Below are positions 9,746 to 19,024 of a stretch of DNA of 64,000 nucleotides, piece after piece. Under the pieces are notes generated by a model. It saw nothing but the letters and a program-made list of their open reading frames with translations, did not search any database and was not told the origin of the DNA. Where the stretch lies: positions 25,826 to 89,825 of the forward strand of contig JBCCEW010000004.1 of the NCBI GenBank assembly GCA_039030075.1, in the 5' to 3' direction. The stretch's first letter is position 1, and every line of letters begins with the position of its first letter. The translations under genes were made by a program, and so were the position numbers. The stretch comes from Myxococcota bacterium (GTDB lineage: Bacteria; Myxococcota_A; UBA9160; SMWR01).

Positions 9746-10174
9746 TCAGTCCAGCATCCGCACCAGCACGAAGCCGAGGCCCACGAGCTGAACGAAGTTC
9801 AGCACGACGCTCGCCCGGTGTGCGGCCTGGAAGGGCTGCGCTGCCGCAGCGTCGCCCGCCAGCTCGCGATCTCGCAACGCGTTGATCCGTGGCATCAACC
9901 ACTGGCGCGCCAACACGAAGCCAGCGGCGATGGCGGCACAAACGATGCCGTCGAAGCGATCGTCGGTGCTTGCGAGCAGCACCAGGGCGCCCACGCCCGT
10001 CACCACGGCGAGCACCGCGTAGTACCAGGGAAACACCTGGCGGATGAAGCGACCAGCCGTCTCTTCGGGAAGGCGGGTGAAGATGAGCGGCGCCATCACA
10101 CTGGAGAAGAAGACCATCGCGCCGAAGCCCGTGGCCACGCACACGCCGGCCACGATGGACAGGACGCCGGTCAT
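9746..10174 (-). CDS. DUF4149-like small membrane protein
   Basis: 142 aa with 4 predicted TM helices; overlaps the upstream gene's stop by 4 nt (operon). Confidence 0.55.
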   Translation of the reverse strand: MTGVLSIVAGVCVATGFGAMVFFSSVMAPLIFTRLPEETAGRFIRQVFPWYYAVLAVVTGVGALVLLASTDDRFDGIVCAAIAAGFVLARQWLMPRINALRDRELAGDAAAAQPFQAAHRASVVLNFVQLVGLGFVLVRMLD

Positions 10175-10815
10175 GATGCTCGCCCGTCAGCCGGCTCGGC
10201 TTCCCCCCCGGCCATCGCGCGGGCACGGTGGGTCAGCACGATCGTCTGACCGGCTACTTCGCGGACCGTGTCGCAGACCTCCTCGAACCGGAAGTAGAGC
10301 AGCGCATCGCCGGCGCGCAGATGCATCCCCTCCGGGTCGACCGCGACCATCCTGGGCTCGGCCACCTCGACACCCCGAAGCTGGGCGCACATGAGCTGCA
10401 TCTCGGATACGTGGTCGTCGTTCATGTGATCGAGAATGAACTGCTCCTGGTCGACCCAACCAGGCGTGTCGAGTGTCCATTCCTCCGCGGAGGCGGTCGA
10501 ACCGTCCAGGAGCGCCGCCTCCTGGATCTCGAACCGGTGCAGACGCGCGGGGTCGGCGTCGGGGAGCACCCCCAGGAAGCGTGACCGCTCGGATTCGCTG
10601 GCCGGTTGCAGCCATCCCCGCAGCGCGAGGCCCTCGGGGCCGAGAAGCTCGACTGAAGTCTCCGACGCAAGCGGCTCGGGGAGCTCGACCACAGGCTCAC
10701 CTTCTCGGGCGCATACCAGGGCGGCTCGGACGTGCTGCGCGCCACTGCGGATCTCGACGCTGTCCGCCTCGCGCAGGCGCCAACGGGATTCTCGGAGGGT
10801 GTCGACTTTCGGCAT
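10171..10815 (-). CDS. DUF2470 domain-containing protein (PNPOx-associated family)
   Basis: C-terminal ILDHMNDDHVSEMQLM motif (HMN.DH hallmark of DUF2470); start refined to MPKVDTLRES within ORF 10171..11307, the rest of which is antisense to the PPOX gene. Confidence 0.6.
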   Translation of the reverse strand: MPKVDTLRESRWRLREADSVEIRSGAQHVRAALVCAREGEPVVELPEPLASETSVELLGPEGLALRGWLQPASESERSRFLGVLPDADPARLHRFEIQEAALLDGSTASAEEWTLDTPGWVDQEQFILDHMNDDHVSEMQLMCAQLRGVEVAEPRMVAVDPEGMHLRAGDALLYFRFEEVCDTVREVAGQTIVLTHRARAMAGGEAEPADGRAS

Positions 10816-10833
10816 CGGGCTAGCGTAGGGCAC

Positions 10834-11265
10834 ATGCCTGGACGAATGAACCGCGACCAGATCCACGCCTTCCTGGACTCCCGCCCGGGTTGGGCAATCC
10901 TCACCACGCTCAGCGCCGACGGCCTCCCGCACACCGTGCCCCTCGGCTACTACCGGCTTGGCGACGAGATCGTGATGGGAGTGCGCGACGGGACCGCCAA
11001 GGTCGCGAACATCGAGCGTGACTCGCGGGCGAGCGTTCTCCTCGAGTCCGGCAGCACCATGTCGGACATTCGCGGCGTGATGCTGCAGGGACACGCCCGT
11101 GTCCATCGCGCGCCCGACGAAGTCCTGCACTACGCGCGTGAAGGGGCGCGTGCGCGGGGCGTTCCCGAAGCCGAATTGCCGACTGAGGCCCGGGCCGGTG
11201 CGGTCTACATCCGCGTCACCCCGGAGCGGGCGATCTCGTGGGACTACGGGGCCGGCGGCGACTAG
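10834..11265 (+). CDS. pyridoxamine 5'-phosphate oxidase family protein (PPOX class, probable F420/FMN-binding)
   Basis: MPGRMNRDQIHAFLDSRPGWAILTTLSADGLPHTVPLGYYRLGDEIVMG...SVLLE; split-barrel PPOX-class signature; start refined to ATG at 10834. Confidence 0.75.
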   Translation: MPGRMNRDQIHAFLDSRPGWAILTTLSADGLPHTVPLGYYRLGDEIVMGVRDGTAKVANIERDSRASVLLESGSTMSDIRGVMLQGHARVHRAPDEVLHYAREGARARGVPEAELPTEARAGAVYIRVTPERAISWDYGAGGD

Positions 11266-11319
11266 CCCGGTCCGATCGTGGGGGCCTCTGCGGGTCGCCG
11301 CTGGCAAGCGAGCATCGCC

Positions 11320-12195
11320 CTACCCCACCTTCGCGATCACGTTGTCCGCGAACCAGTGGATCTGGCCGACCATGTCCTCGAGACTACGGGTGTCGGGCTC
11401 TGCGTCGTAGGGGTTGCGGAACGCGACGATCGACTCCGCCACTCCGTAGTCTTCGAGCTTCTTCACCCCGTCGGTGGAGAACGCGTCGCCGCTCATGGCC
11501 TGGTACTCGAAGGGCGCGTTCTCGCGACCGTACTCGCGGCGGTAGCCGTCGATCTCGTCGATCAGCACCTTGAATTCGTCGGCTGAGCCGCCGGCGTGGA
11601 TGAAACCATCGGCGAGACGCGCGGCCCGGCGCAGCGCCGGCTTCGCGTGCCCGCCGATCAGCAGCGGCACCGGCTCACTCGGCGCCGGACAGATCTTGAT
11701 CGGATCGAGCTGGAAGATCTCGCCGTCGTAGCCGAAGTACTCGCCGGTGAGGAGCCCGCGCAGGATCTCCATCATTTCGTCCATGCGCTTCCCGCGCCGC
11801 TCCCAGGGGATCTGCGTCGCCGCGAAGTCGTCGGGCCAGGGACTGATCCCGATGCCGAAGGTGAAACGGTTCTTCGTGAGCACCGCCACCGAAGCGAGCT
11901 GCTTCGCCACGATCGCCGGCTGCCGGATCGCCAATTTGTACACGGACGTCGAGAAGCGCAGCTTCGTCGTGATCGCGCCCATCGCCGGCACCACGGTGAA
12001 GGGCTCCAGGAAGGGGACGCCATCCAGGAACTCGCGATCACCGTCGCCGTTGTAGGGGTACTTGCTGTCCGACTCCTGCGGGTAGCAGATGCTGTCGGGC
12101 AGCGTGAAGGTGTCGAAGCCGACTTCTTCGCAGGCCAGCGCGAGGGGCAGGTAGAAGTCGGGATCGCACATGGCGGCGTGGTAGGCAAAACGCAT
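11320..12195 (-). CDS. LLM-class F420-dependent oxidoreductase
   Basis: MRFAYHAAMCDPDFYLPLALACEEVGFDTFTLPDSICYPQ...; 291-aa luciferase-like TIM-barrel of the F420-dependent subfamily. Confidence 0.75.
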   Translation of the reverse strand: MRFAYHAAMCDPDFYLPLALACEEVGFDTFTLPDSICYPQESDSKYPYNGDGDREFLDGVPFLEPFTVVPAMGAITTKLRFSTSVYKLAIRQPAIVAKQLASVAVLTKNRFTFGIGISPWPDDFAATQIPWERRGKRMDEMMEILRGLLTGEYFGYDGEIFQLDPIKICPAPSEPVPLLIGGHAKPALRRAARLADGFIHAGGSADEFKVLIDEIDGYRREYGRENAPFEYQAMSGDAFSTDGVKKLEDYGVAESIVAFRNPYDAEPDTRSLEDMVGQIHWFADNVIAKVG

Positions 12196-12220
12196 GGGGG
12201 CTCCAGAGAATGAGGGGCGT

Positions 12221-13180
12221 TCAGCTCGCGCTGCCGCCGCATTCGGTGTTGTGCACGAAATCGACGACCGAAGGTCCGGCTTCGTCGGTCAGTGCGAGTA
12301 GGACCGTGTAGTGGTTGCGACCTTCGACGCGCTGCAGGCGAGCGGTCGCGCCCGCGTCGGTGAGCGCCTGCTCGAGCAACGCCGCCTGGTGCCGCAGCGC
12401 ATCCCAGTCGTGTTCGGCGTAGAGCACCAGGGCGGGCGGCGCGTCTCCATGAATGCGCGGAATCACCGACGCCTCCTGCTGCCAGGCCTCGTCCGCGACC
12501 CGGAAGCGACGCTCGTAGTAGGACAAACGGGCTCCCTGCTCGTAGGTCGCCTCGTCGGCGAGGTCGTAGCCGGCCCCGCTCACCGGGATCACGCCACAGA
12601 CGCGACCCGCGCCGTGCGCGTCGGCGGTTCCCGGATCGAAAGCGACGAAGCTCGCCAGTTGAGCTCCCGCCGAATGCCCCATCAGGAAGACAGCGTCGGG
12701 GTCGCCGCCGTAGCTCGCGGCGTGGGCTTGCACCCAGGCGAGCGCGCGCGCGACGTCTTCGACCTGATCGGTCCAATCTACGTCGAACTGCAGGCGGTAG
12801 CTGATCACTGCGGCGCCGATGCCGTGGGAAGCCAGATAGCGCCCGAAGTTCCCGTAGATGTCTGCGCCGCCCACCGTGTAGCCGCGATCGCCACTGGTCC
12901 AGCCACCTCCGTGGACGAATACGACGATGGGCCAGCCCTCGCCCGCGTCTGCCGCGTCGGGCAGGAAGAGGTCGAGGCGGTGCTTCTCGGCGTCCGCATC
13001 GTCACCGAGCCGATACGGCACGTCTCGCTTGACCAGCGCTGCGGCGATCGGAACCTCGTCGTAGACGAAGGGGGTCGCGACGTAGCCGAGGATGTTGCGA
13101 CAGCCTCCGGCAAACAGAAGGAGTGCGGCGAGCGCGACGACAAGCCGTGCGGATCTGGGCCCTGCAAGGGAAAGCGACAT
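12221..13180 (-). CDS. secreted alpha/beta-hydrolase (esterase/lipase, HSL-like)
   Basis: Signal peptide, HGGGW oxyanion motif, GHSAGAQL nucleophile elbow (GxSxG). Confidence 0.8.
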   Translation of the reverse strand: MSLSLAGPRSARLVVALAALLLFAGGCRNILGYVATPFVYDEVPIAAALVKRDVPYRLGDDADAEKHRLDLFLPDAADAGEGWPIVVFVHGGGWTSGDRGYTVGGADIYGNFGRYLASHGIGAAVISYRLQFDVDWTDQVEDVARALAWVQAHAASYGGDPDAVFLMGHSAGAQLASFVAFDPGTADAHGAGRVCGVIPVSGAGYDLADEATYEQGARLSYYERRFRVADEAWQQEASVIPRIHGDAPPALVLYAEHDWDALRHQAALLEQALTDAGATARLQRVEGRNHYTVLLALTDEAGPSVVDFVHNTECGGSAS

Positions 13181-13316
13181 GCGGCGACACTAGCGGCGCG
13201 TCACGGCGGCTGCCGCGCGCCGCGGGCGCCGCTCACCTTTTCTCGGAGCGCACCGCAAGATCCACCGCGGCCGAGACGTAGAACCCTTCGAGCGCGCCTG
13301 CGTCTGGAGGAGTTCA

Positions 13317-13556
13317 ATGCGCATCGCCGCGATTTCACTGCTGATTCTCGCCACGTTCACGGGCTGCCTGAGCCTGCACGCCCAGGTCCCCGAGGACGTC
13401 GTGCGCCAGCACGCGGCCCAGGAAGAGGGCCTCGAGTTTGCCGCGATCTGCTCCCACGAGGATCGGCGCTTCTCGGAAGGCGCGTCCGTGTGCATGACCG
13501 AGCGCCGCATGGTCTGCGACCCGAGCGGACGCTGGATGCGCGAGGGCGACTGCTAG
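13317..13556 (+). CDS. small Cys-rich secreted/lipoprotein, hypothetical
   Basis: 79 aa, signal peptide with lipobox-like LTGC, four Cys residues. Confidence 0.45.
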   Translation: MRIAAISLLILATFTGCLSLHAQVPEDVVRQHAAQEEGLEFAAICSHEDRRFSEGASVCMTERRMVCDPSGRWMREGDC

Positions 13557-13632
13557 CGGGACGCAGGGGTGGGCCTCCGAGCGGAGGCCTGCCCCGCAGC
13601 GTCGAACCCGCCAAACGACCTGGCGCCGGGGG

Positions 13633-16554
13633 TCAGCCCCCCATCAGGCGCGAAAGCACGCCTTTGCCCTTCCCCTTGCGCTCGCGCATCTCGATGACGC
13701 GCAGCTCCTGGATGGCAGGGCGGAAGTCGGGTTTCAGCAGCAGTGCTTTCGAGAAGATCTTCTTCGCGACCTCGACTTCTCCCTTGGCCTTGTGGATGCG
13801 TCCGAGGAAGACGTAGGGAAGCGGCTGGTCGGATGACAGTTTGATGCCCTTCGCGACGTTCTCGAGGGCCTCGCGCTGGACGACCGCATCGCTCGGATTG
13901 GTGAGGTAGAGCGCGTAGCCCAGGTGCGCGACGTAGTCGCCCTGCTCCGGATCGAGATGCGACGCCATTCCGAAGGCCTCGGTCGCCTGGTCGTACTGCT
14001 TCGCGTCGAGGTGGGTCTCGCCCTTGCGGAACCAGCGCTCGCCCTCGAGCACCCGCTCGGCGCTCGACTGGGCGCGGCGGTCCTCGGCTTCCTCGTCGCG
14101 TAGCATCGCGTAGGCGCGGCGCTTCTCCGCGTTTCCCAGGTTGTCGAAGGCAGCGCGAATCCGCACCCGGATCCGGTCGGCCTGCTGGCAGAGCACGAGG
14201 TTGGCGGTGGTCGACTCGACCTCGGGCACTTCGTCGAGGCGAGCCCGGTGTGCCGCGCGCACTTCGCTGTCGGAGGAATCGGGGCCCACCCCGAGCACTT
14301 CGAAGTCGTCACTCGAGAGCAGCCGCTGGGCCAGCTCGCGCATGGTCACGACGAGGTTCTCGCGGTCCAGCGGTTCCGTCTGGGCCGGCTCGGGCACCGG
14401 CGCCTCGGCCACGAGCGCGGGCGCGTCATCTCGAAGCGCGGGTTCGGACGGGTCTTCGGCGTCCAGGTCGACGTCGATCTCGGGAGCGACATCGGGCTCC
14501 GGTTCCGATTCCGGTTCGGAAACCGGCTCCGGTTTCGCCTGCGCGACGGCCGCCGCGACGACCATGGTGGCCGTGTCTTCGTCGGATGCGGCCGCCATCG
14601 ACTGGGTGTCGGCTTCGGATTCCAACGCGTCGAGCGCGGGCGCACTCGGCACCACGGCCTCGAGGGTCGGCGCGTCGTCGACCGCGGTCCTGGCGAGCGC
14701 GTCCATCTCCCGCTCGAGTTCCTGGCGCACCCGGCGCAGGGCCTCGAGCTCGCGCGTCTCCTGGGCGCGAGTCCGCGTCAGCTCCTCGAGCTCTTGCGCG
14801 CGCTCGGCGCGGGCGCGGGCGAGGCCCTCGAGCTCCTGGGCGCGATCCGCCACGGCGCGTGCCAGGTGTTCGAGTTCGTCGGCGTGCTCCGCCCGGGCAA
14901 CGGCCAGCTCCTCGAGTTCCTGCTCATGCTCTTCCCGCACCTTGGCCAGCGCGTCGATCTCTCGTGCGCGCTCCTCCAAGGCCGGTGCGAGCGCTTCGAG
15001 CTCTCGCACGTGGTCTTCGCGGGTCTGCGCCAGCTCCTCGATGGCGCGCTCGTGCTCATCGCGGGTGCGCGCCAGGGCCTCGAGTTCCCGAGCGCGCGCG
15101 GTGCGCGCCTCTTCGAGGGCTTCGAGCTCCTGGGCACACTCTTCGAGGGCCGGCACCATCGCGTTGTGCTGACGGGCGCGCTCCTGCCGCGCTGCGGCCA
15201 GCTCCGCCAGCTCTTCCTCGTGCCGTTCCCGGGCCGCCGCAAGACTCTCGAGCTCGCGGGTGCGGCGTTCGCGCGCGCGTTCGAGGCGCTCGAGCTCCGC
15301 GGCCTGCTCCTCGAGCGCCGGTGCCAGCGCGTCGCGCTCGCGTTCGTACTCGAATCGGGTCCGGGCGAGTTCGTCGAGTTCGTTCAACCGCGCCTCGCGG
15401 TCGCGAGCGAGCTGCTGGATCTCGGCCTCGCGGGCCTCACGGTCGCGGGCCAGCGCCGCGAGCTCACGCTCGCTCTCGTCGCGCGTGCGCTGCAGCTCTT
15501 CGAGCGCCTCCTGCTGGGACGCGAGCGCTTCGGGCTCGGGCGTCGCCTCCGTGCCGAGCAGCGCGGTGAGGGTCAGGGTGGGCGTCGTGCGCAGCTCGAT
15601 CGTGCCACTCACCCACAGCGCGTAGATTTCACGGTCGTCGAAGACGACGGAATCGAGCAGCACGGCAAGGGTGTCCTCGCCCGACAGCGCTTCGAGCGCA
15701 CGCTGCTGCTTCTCGCTCAGCGACCAGCGGCCAAGGGTGGTCGGCGCATCCTCGGCCAGGGAGACATAGAGCGACCCGCGCTTCGCCAACCGATCGCGCA
15801 CGCGGCGCAAAGGCGCCGCATCGAGCACGCCGTCCGCCAGAAGCGCCACCGGGTCGACGTCGAACTTCCGCAGCGTGCGAGGCTCGAGGCCGCGCCCGCG
15901 GTAGAAATGGTACTCGCCCTCTTCCCAACCGAATGCCTCGAAGAGCGGCTTCGTCGGATTGCGTCGGGCCCGCATGCGCAATCCGATCGGCACGCCACGA
16001 CGCACTTGCACCGCGACCCGTCGTCTTCCTCGTCGGAGGCCGAGCACACCCGTGTCGGTTCGCCTGCGCAGCCGCGCGAGGAGCTCGGGGACGGGGACGT
16101 CTTCGAGGTCCCCTTCGAGGTCGGCTTCCGGTCGTCGTGAGCGCCCGGCGGCTTCGATCGCGAGCTCCGGCAGCGTGTCCTTGACGAGAGACAGGACGGC
16201 GGACGCCGCAGCCGGCTTCGTGAGGAAGTCGACGCAGCCCAGCGCGATGGCCTCTCCGTGCTCTGCCGAGTCGCGCGAAAGTTGCGTCAGGACGAGCACC
16301 GGAATGGCGCCCGCATCGACTTCGCGGATCCCGGCCATGAGATCGAGCCCGTCGTAGTGGGAGCTCTCGATCTCGAGCAGCACCATCGCCGGCCGTTCGG
16401 CGTGCACCCACTGCATCGCCTCCTCGGGATCTGCGGTCTGACGCAGTTCGCAGTCCGCCTCCCGCAATCGGTCGGAGACCGAAGCAGGGAGATCCAGACC
16501 GTCGTCGATCGAGAGGATCCAAGGGGGCATGGGGGCGGCGTCTGCGAGGAGCAA
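13633..16554 (-). CDS. response-regulator receiver + DUF4388 + about 280-aa repetitive coiled coil + degenerate J-like segment + TPR protein
   Basis: N-terminal receiver (Asp in VLLEIESSHYDGLDLM), DUF4388-like block (PVPELLARLRRRTDTGVLGLRRGRRRVAVQVRRGVPIG...), long E/A/R/L heptad repeats, then DFEVLGVGPDSSDSEVRAAHRARL (J-like, no HPD) and C-terminal TPR repeats. Confidence 0.8.
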   Translation of the reverse strand: MLLADAAPMPPWILSIDDGLDLPASVSDRLREADCELRQTADPEEAMQWVHAERPAMVLLEIESSHYDGLDLMAGIREVDAGAIPVLVLTQLSRDSAEHGEAIALGCVDFLTKPAAASAVLSLVKDTLPELAIEAAGRSRRPEADLEGDLEDVPVPELLARLRRRTDTGVLGLRRGRRRVAVQVRRGVPIGLRMRARRNPTKPLFEAFGWEEGEYHFYRGRGLEPRTLRKFDVDPVALLADGVLDAAPLRRVRDRLAKRGSLYVSLAEDAPTTLGRWSLSEKQQRALEALSGEDTLAVLLDSVVFDDREIYALWVSGTIELRTTPTLTLTALLGTEATPEPEALASQQEALEELQRTRDESERELAALARDREAREAEIQQLARDREARLNELDELARTRFEYERERDALAPALEEQAAELERLERARERRTRELESLAAARERHEEELAELAAARQERARQHNAMVPALEECAQELEALEEARTARARELEALARTRDEHERAIEELAQTREDHVRELEALAPALEERAREIDALAKVREEHEQELEELAVARAEHADELEHLARAVADRAQELEGLARARAERAQELEELTRTRAQETRELEALRRVRQELEREMDALARTAVDDAPTLEAVVPSAPALDALESEADTQSMAAASDEDTATMVVAAAVAQAKPEPVSEPESEPEPDVAPEIDVDLDAEDPSEPALRDDAPALVAEAPVPEPAQTEPLDRENLVVTMRELAQRLLSSDDFEVLGVGPDSSDSEVRAAHRARLDEVPEVESTTANLVLCQQADRIRVRIRAAFDNLGNAEKRRAYAMLRDEEAEDRRAQSSAERVLEGERWFRKGETHLDAKQYDQATEAFGMASHLDPEQGDYVAHLGYALYLTNPSDAVVQREALENVAKGIKLSSDQPLPYVFLGRIHKAKGEVEVAKKIFSKALLLKPDFRPAIQELRVIEMRERKGKGKGVLSRLMGG
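14691..15528 (-). repeat. intragenic tandem coding repeats (coiled-coil units of about 28 aa, RELEALA.ARE.HE.ELEELA)
   Basis: Periodic protein repeats residues about 343-622 of the response-regulator gene; the DNA repeats are coding, not CRISPR. Confidence 0.7.
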
Positions 16555-16768
16555 GGGACACGCCCTGCCGGCCAGGTGCGCGTCGGAGCCCGCCCCGACA
16601 CGAGCCGGGAGGGCATCCGGGAGTCATCGGACGGACCCGCCCACCCCTTGAGGTCCGCGGGGTGGGCCGAGGTGTCGCGCGCGACCCTGGACGACGCTCG
16701 TTCCCACCAACGCCTGGCTGCGCTACCGGACTCTGCGGGAGGCGCACTCCGCGCACCCAGGAGGACCC

Positions 16769-18724
16769 ATGCACCCCAACTGGCTTCGCGCTCGCCCCCT
16801 GCCTCTCTGGCTCACGCTGGGTCTTGCTTGCCTCTCCACCGCGTGCCCGGGCCTGCGTGCGCAAGAAGCGGCAAGCGACGGATCCGAAGCGCCGCTCGCC
16901 ATCTCGGGTCCGACCCCGGAGCGCAACGACGATCCGGTGTACGCACCGGCACTGCGCACCGAGCACCCCGACCGCGTCTTCTGGGGCGACACGCATCTGC
17001 ACACGCGTCTGTCGATGGACGCCTACACCTTCGGTACCGCCCTCGGGCCGGAGGAGGCCTACCGCTTCGCCAAGGGCGAGACGGTGATGGCCACCCACGG
17101 ACAACCGACACGGCTGGAACAGCCCCTCGATTTTCTGGTCGTCGCCGACCACGCCGACGGCCTCGGTGCCATGCTCGCGCTCGAAGCCGGTGATCCCACC
17201 CTTCTGGCCAACGCGAAGCTCCGGGAGTGGCGCGAGATCCTGCGCTCTCCCGACCGGGCGGTGCGTCGCGCCCTCGAAGGAACGCAGACGGCCCGCGACA
17301 ACCCGAAGGAGCTCGACGCCGAGCGCGTTCGCGGACCCGCGTGGCGCGCGCTCGCCCGTCTGGCCGACGCCCACTACGCGCCGGGCCGGTTCACACCCCT
17401 CGTTGGATACGAGTTCACGGGACAGCGCGGCGGGCAGAACCTGCACCGAGTCGTGATCTACCGCGACGGCGCCGAACGCGCGGGAGATCACCTCCCCCTC
17501 TCGCCCGCTCCCTCCGGCGATCCGCGTCGCCTCTGGGCCGACCTGGCGCGCTACGAACGCGAGACCGGCGGACGGGTGCTCGCCATCCCCCACAACGGGA
17601 ACCTTTCCAACGGCATCCTCTTTCCGTTGGCCGAGACCGAGTTCGGCGATGCGATGGACGAGCACTACGTTCGCGCGCGGGCGCGCTGGGAACCGGTGTA
17701 CGAGGTGACCCAGATCAAGGGTGACGGCGAGACCCATCCCTATCTCTCGGAAGACGACGCCTTCGCCGACTACGAGACCTGGGACGTCGGCGACTTCGCG
17801 GGGGTTCCGAAAGAGAAGGCGATGCTCGCGGGCGAGTATGCCCGCTCGGGGCTGCGTCGCGGCCTCGAGCTCGAAGCGCGCTTCGGCACCAATCCCTACC
17901 GCTTCGGCATGATCGGCTCGACCGATTCACACACGGGTCTGGCCACCGCGGACGAGGACAACTTCTTCGGGAAGCACAGCGCGGACATGGAGCCGTCGCC
18001 CACGCGCTGGAAGGATGCCGTGGGCGGCCGGGGCGAGTTCGTGATCCCGGGCTGGATGATGGCTTCCTCGGGCTATGCCGCGGTCTGGGCACGCGACAAC
18101 ACACGTGAGGAGATCTGGGATGCGCTCGCCCGACGCGAGGTCTACGCCACCACCGGGCCGCGCATTCGCGTGCGCTTCTTCGGAGGGTGGGACTACGCAG
18201 CAGCCGACGCCGCCGCATCGGACCTCGCCGCGGTGGGCTATGCGGGAGGCGTGCCCATGGGTGGCGTCCTCCCGGCACGCTCGAAGGGAGCGCCGCGCTT
18301 CCTCGTTGCCGCCGCGAAGGATGCGCGCAGCGCACATCTCGATCGGGTGCAGATCGTGAAGGGCTGGATCGACGCCGACGGCCGGACCCACGAGCGGGTC
18401 CACGACGTGGCGTGGAGTCAGCCCGGGATGCGAAAGCCAGGGCCAGATCGCGTAGTCCCGCCGGTTCCTTCGACGGTGGACGTGGAACGGGCGCGGTACA
18501 CGCAGAATCACGGGGCCGCGCAGCTCGCGGTCGTGTGGACCGATCCCGACTTCGACCCAAAGGCCGCCGCGTTCTACTACGTACGTGTGCTCGAGATCCC
18601 GACGCCACGCTGGACCACCTATGACCAGCGCGTGCTCGGAGCCACCCTCGGCGAGCGGGTTCCCCGGGTGACCCAGGAACGCGCCTATTCGTCGCCCATC
18701 TGGTATCAGCCCGAGAGCGGCTAG
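16769..18724 (+). CDS. DUF3604 domain-containing secreted protein
   Basis: Signal peptide (LWLTLGLACLSTACPG), then VFWGDTHLHTRLSMDAYTFG, a metal-binding His-rich N-terminal motif characteristic of DUF3604; 651 aa. Confidence 0.6.
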   Translation: MHPNWLRARPLPLWLTLGLACLSTACPGLRAQEAASDGSEAPLAISGPTPERNDDPVYAPALRTEHPDRVFWGDTHLHTRLSMDAYTFGTALGPEEAYRFAKGETVMATHGQPTRLEQPLDFLVVADHADGLGAMLALEAGDPTLLANAKLREWREILRSPDRAVRRALEGTQTARDNPKELDAERVRGPAWRALARLADAHYAPGRFTPLVGYEFTGQRGGQNLHRVVIYRDGAERAGDHLPLSPAPSGDPRRLWADLARYERETGGRVLAIPHNGNLSNGILFPLAETEFGDAMDEHYVRARARWEPVYEVTQIKGDGETHPYLSEDDAFADYETWDVGDFAGVPKEKAMLAGEYARSGLRRGLELEARFGTNPYRFGMIGSTDSHTGLATADEDNFFGKHSADMEPSPTRWKDAVGGRGEFVIPGWMMASSGYAAVWARDNTREEIWDALARREVYATTGPRIRVRFFGGWDYAAADAAASDLAAVGYAGGVPMGGVLPARSKGAPRFLVAAAKDARSAHLDRVQIVKGWIDADGRTHERVHDVAWSQPGMRKPGPDRVVPPVPSTVDVERARYTQNHGAAQLAVVWTDPDFDPKAAAFYYVRVLEIPTPRWTTYDQRVLGATLGERVPRVTQERAYSSPIWYQPESG

Positions 18725-19024
18725 CGCGGTGCCGCGAAGCGGCGGTGTGTCACTGGAACTTGTTCTCGGGTGCGCCTAACACGGCCTGCGTCCCTCCGCT
18801 CGTGGAACACGTTTCAACCCTCGCGCCTCCGTCAATCCCGCCGGACGATTCCGCTTCTTTTCCTACACCGCTTGGCGTTAGGGTGGTGGCGTGCGTAAGT
18901 CGGGAAGACCGACGTGCGCCCGCGGTGGAGATCTCCTTCGACCACCCGAGCGTTTCGCTGGACGGCTGAACCACGTCGGTTCGGTCGTCATGGTCCTTCC
19001 CGCTCCCATCCTGGAGGGATCTTC

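Noticed and set aside
14691-15528. Periodic DNA repeats considered as a possible CRISPR array or VNTR
   Set aside because: Repeats are imperfect, in-frame and encode heptad coiled-coil protein sequence inside a long ORF; no spacer/repeat alternation and no cas genes
14248-16140. 630-aa and 439-aa plus-strand ORFs (14248..16140, 14250..15569) opposite the response-regulator gene
   Set aside because: Antisense to the coiled-coil repeat region; Arg/Ala/Pro low-complexity translation; the sense strand has clear receiver, DUF4388 and TPR domains
18725-19024. TGGAAC-N5-TTCAAC resembling a sigma-54 -24/-12 promoter upstream of P1
   Set aside because: -12 element reads TC not GC and spacing is off by one; too weak to call without an EBP nearby
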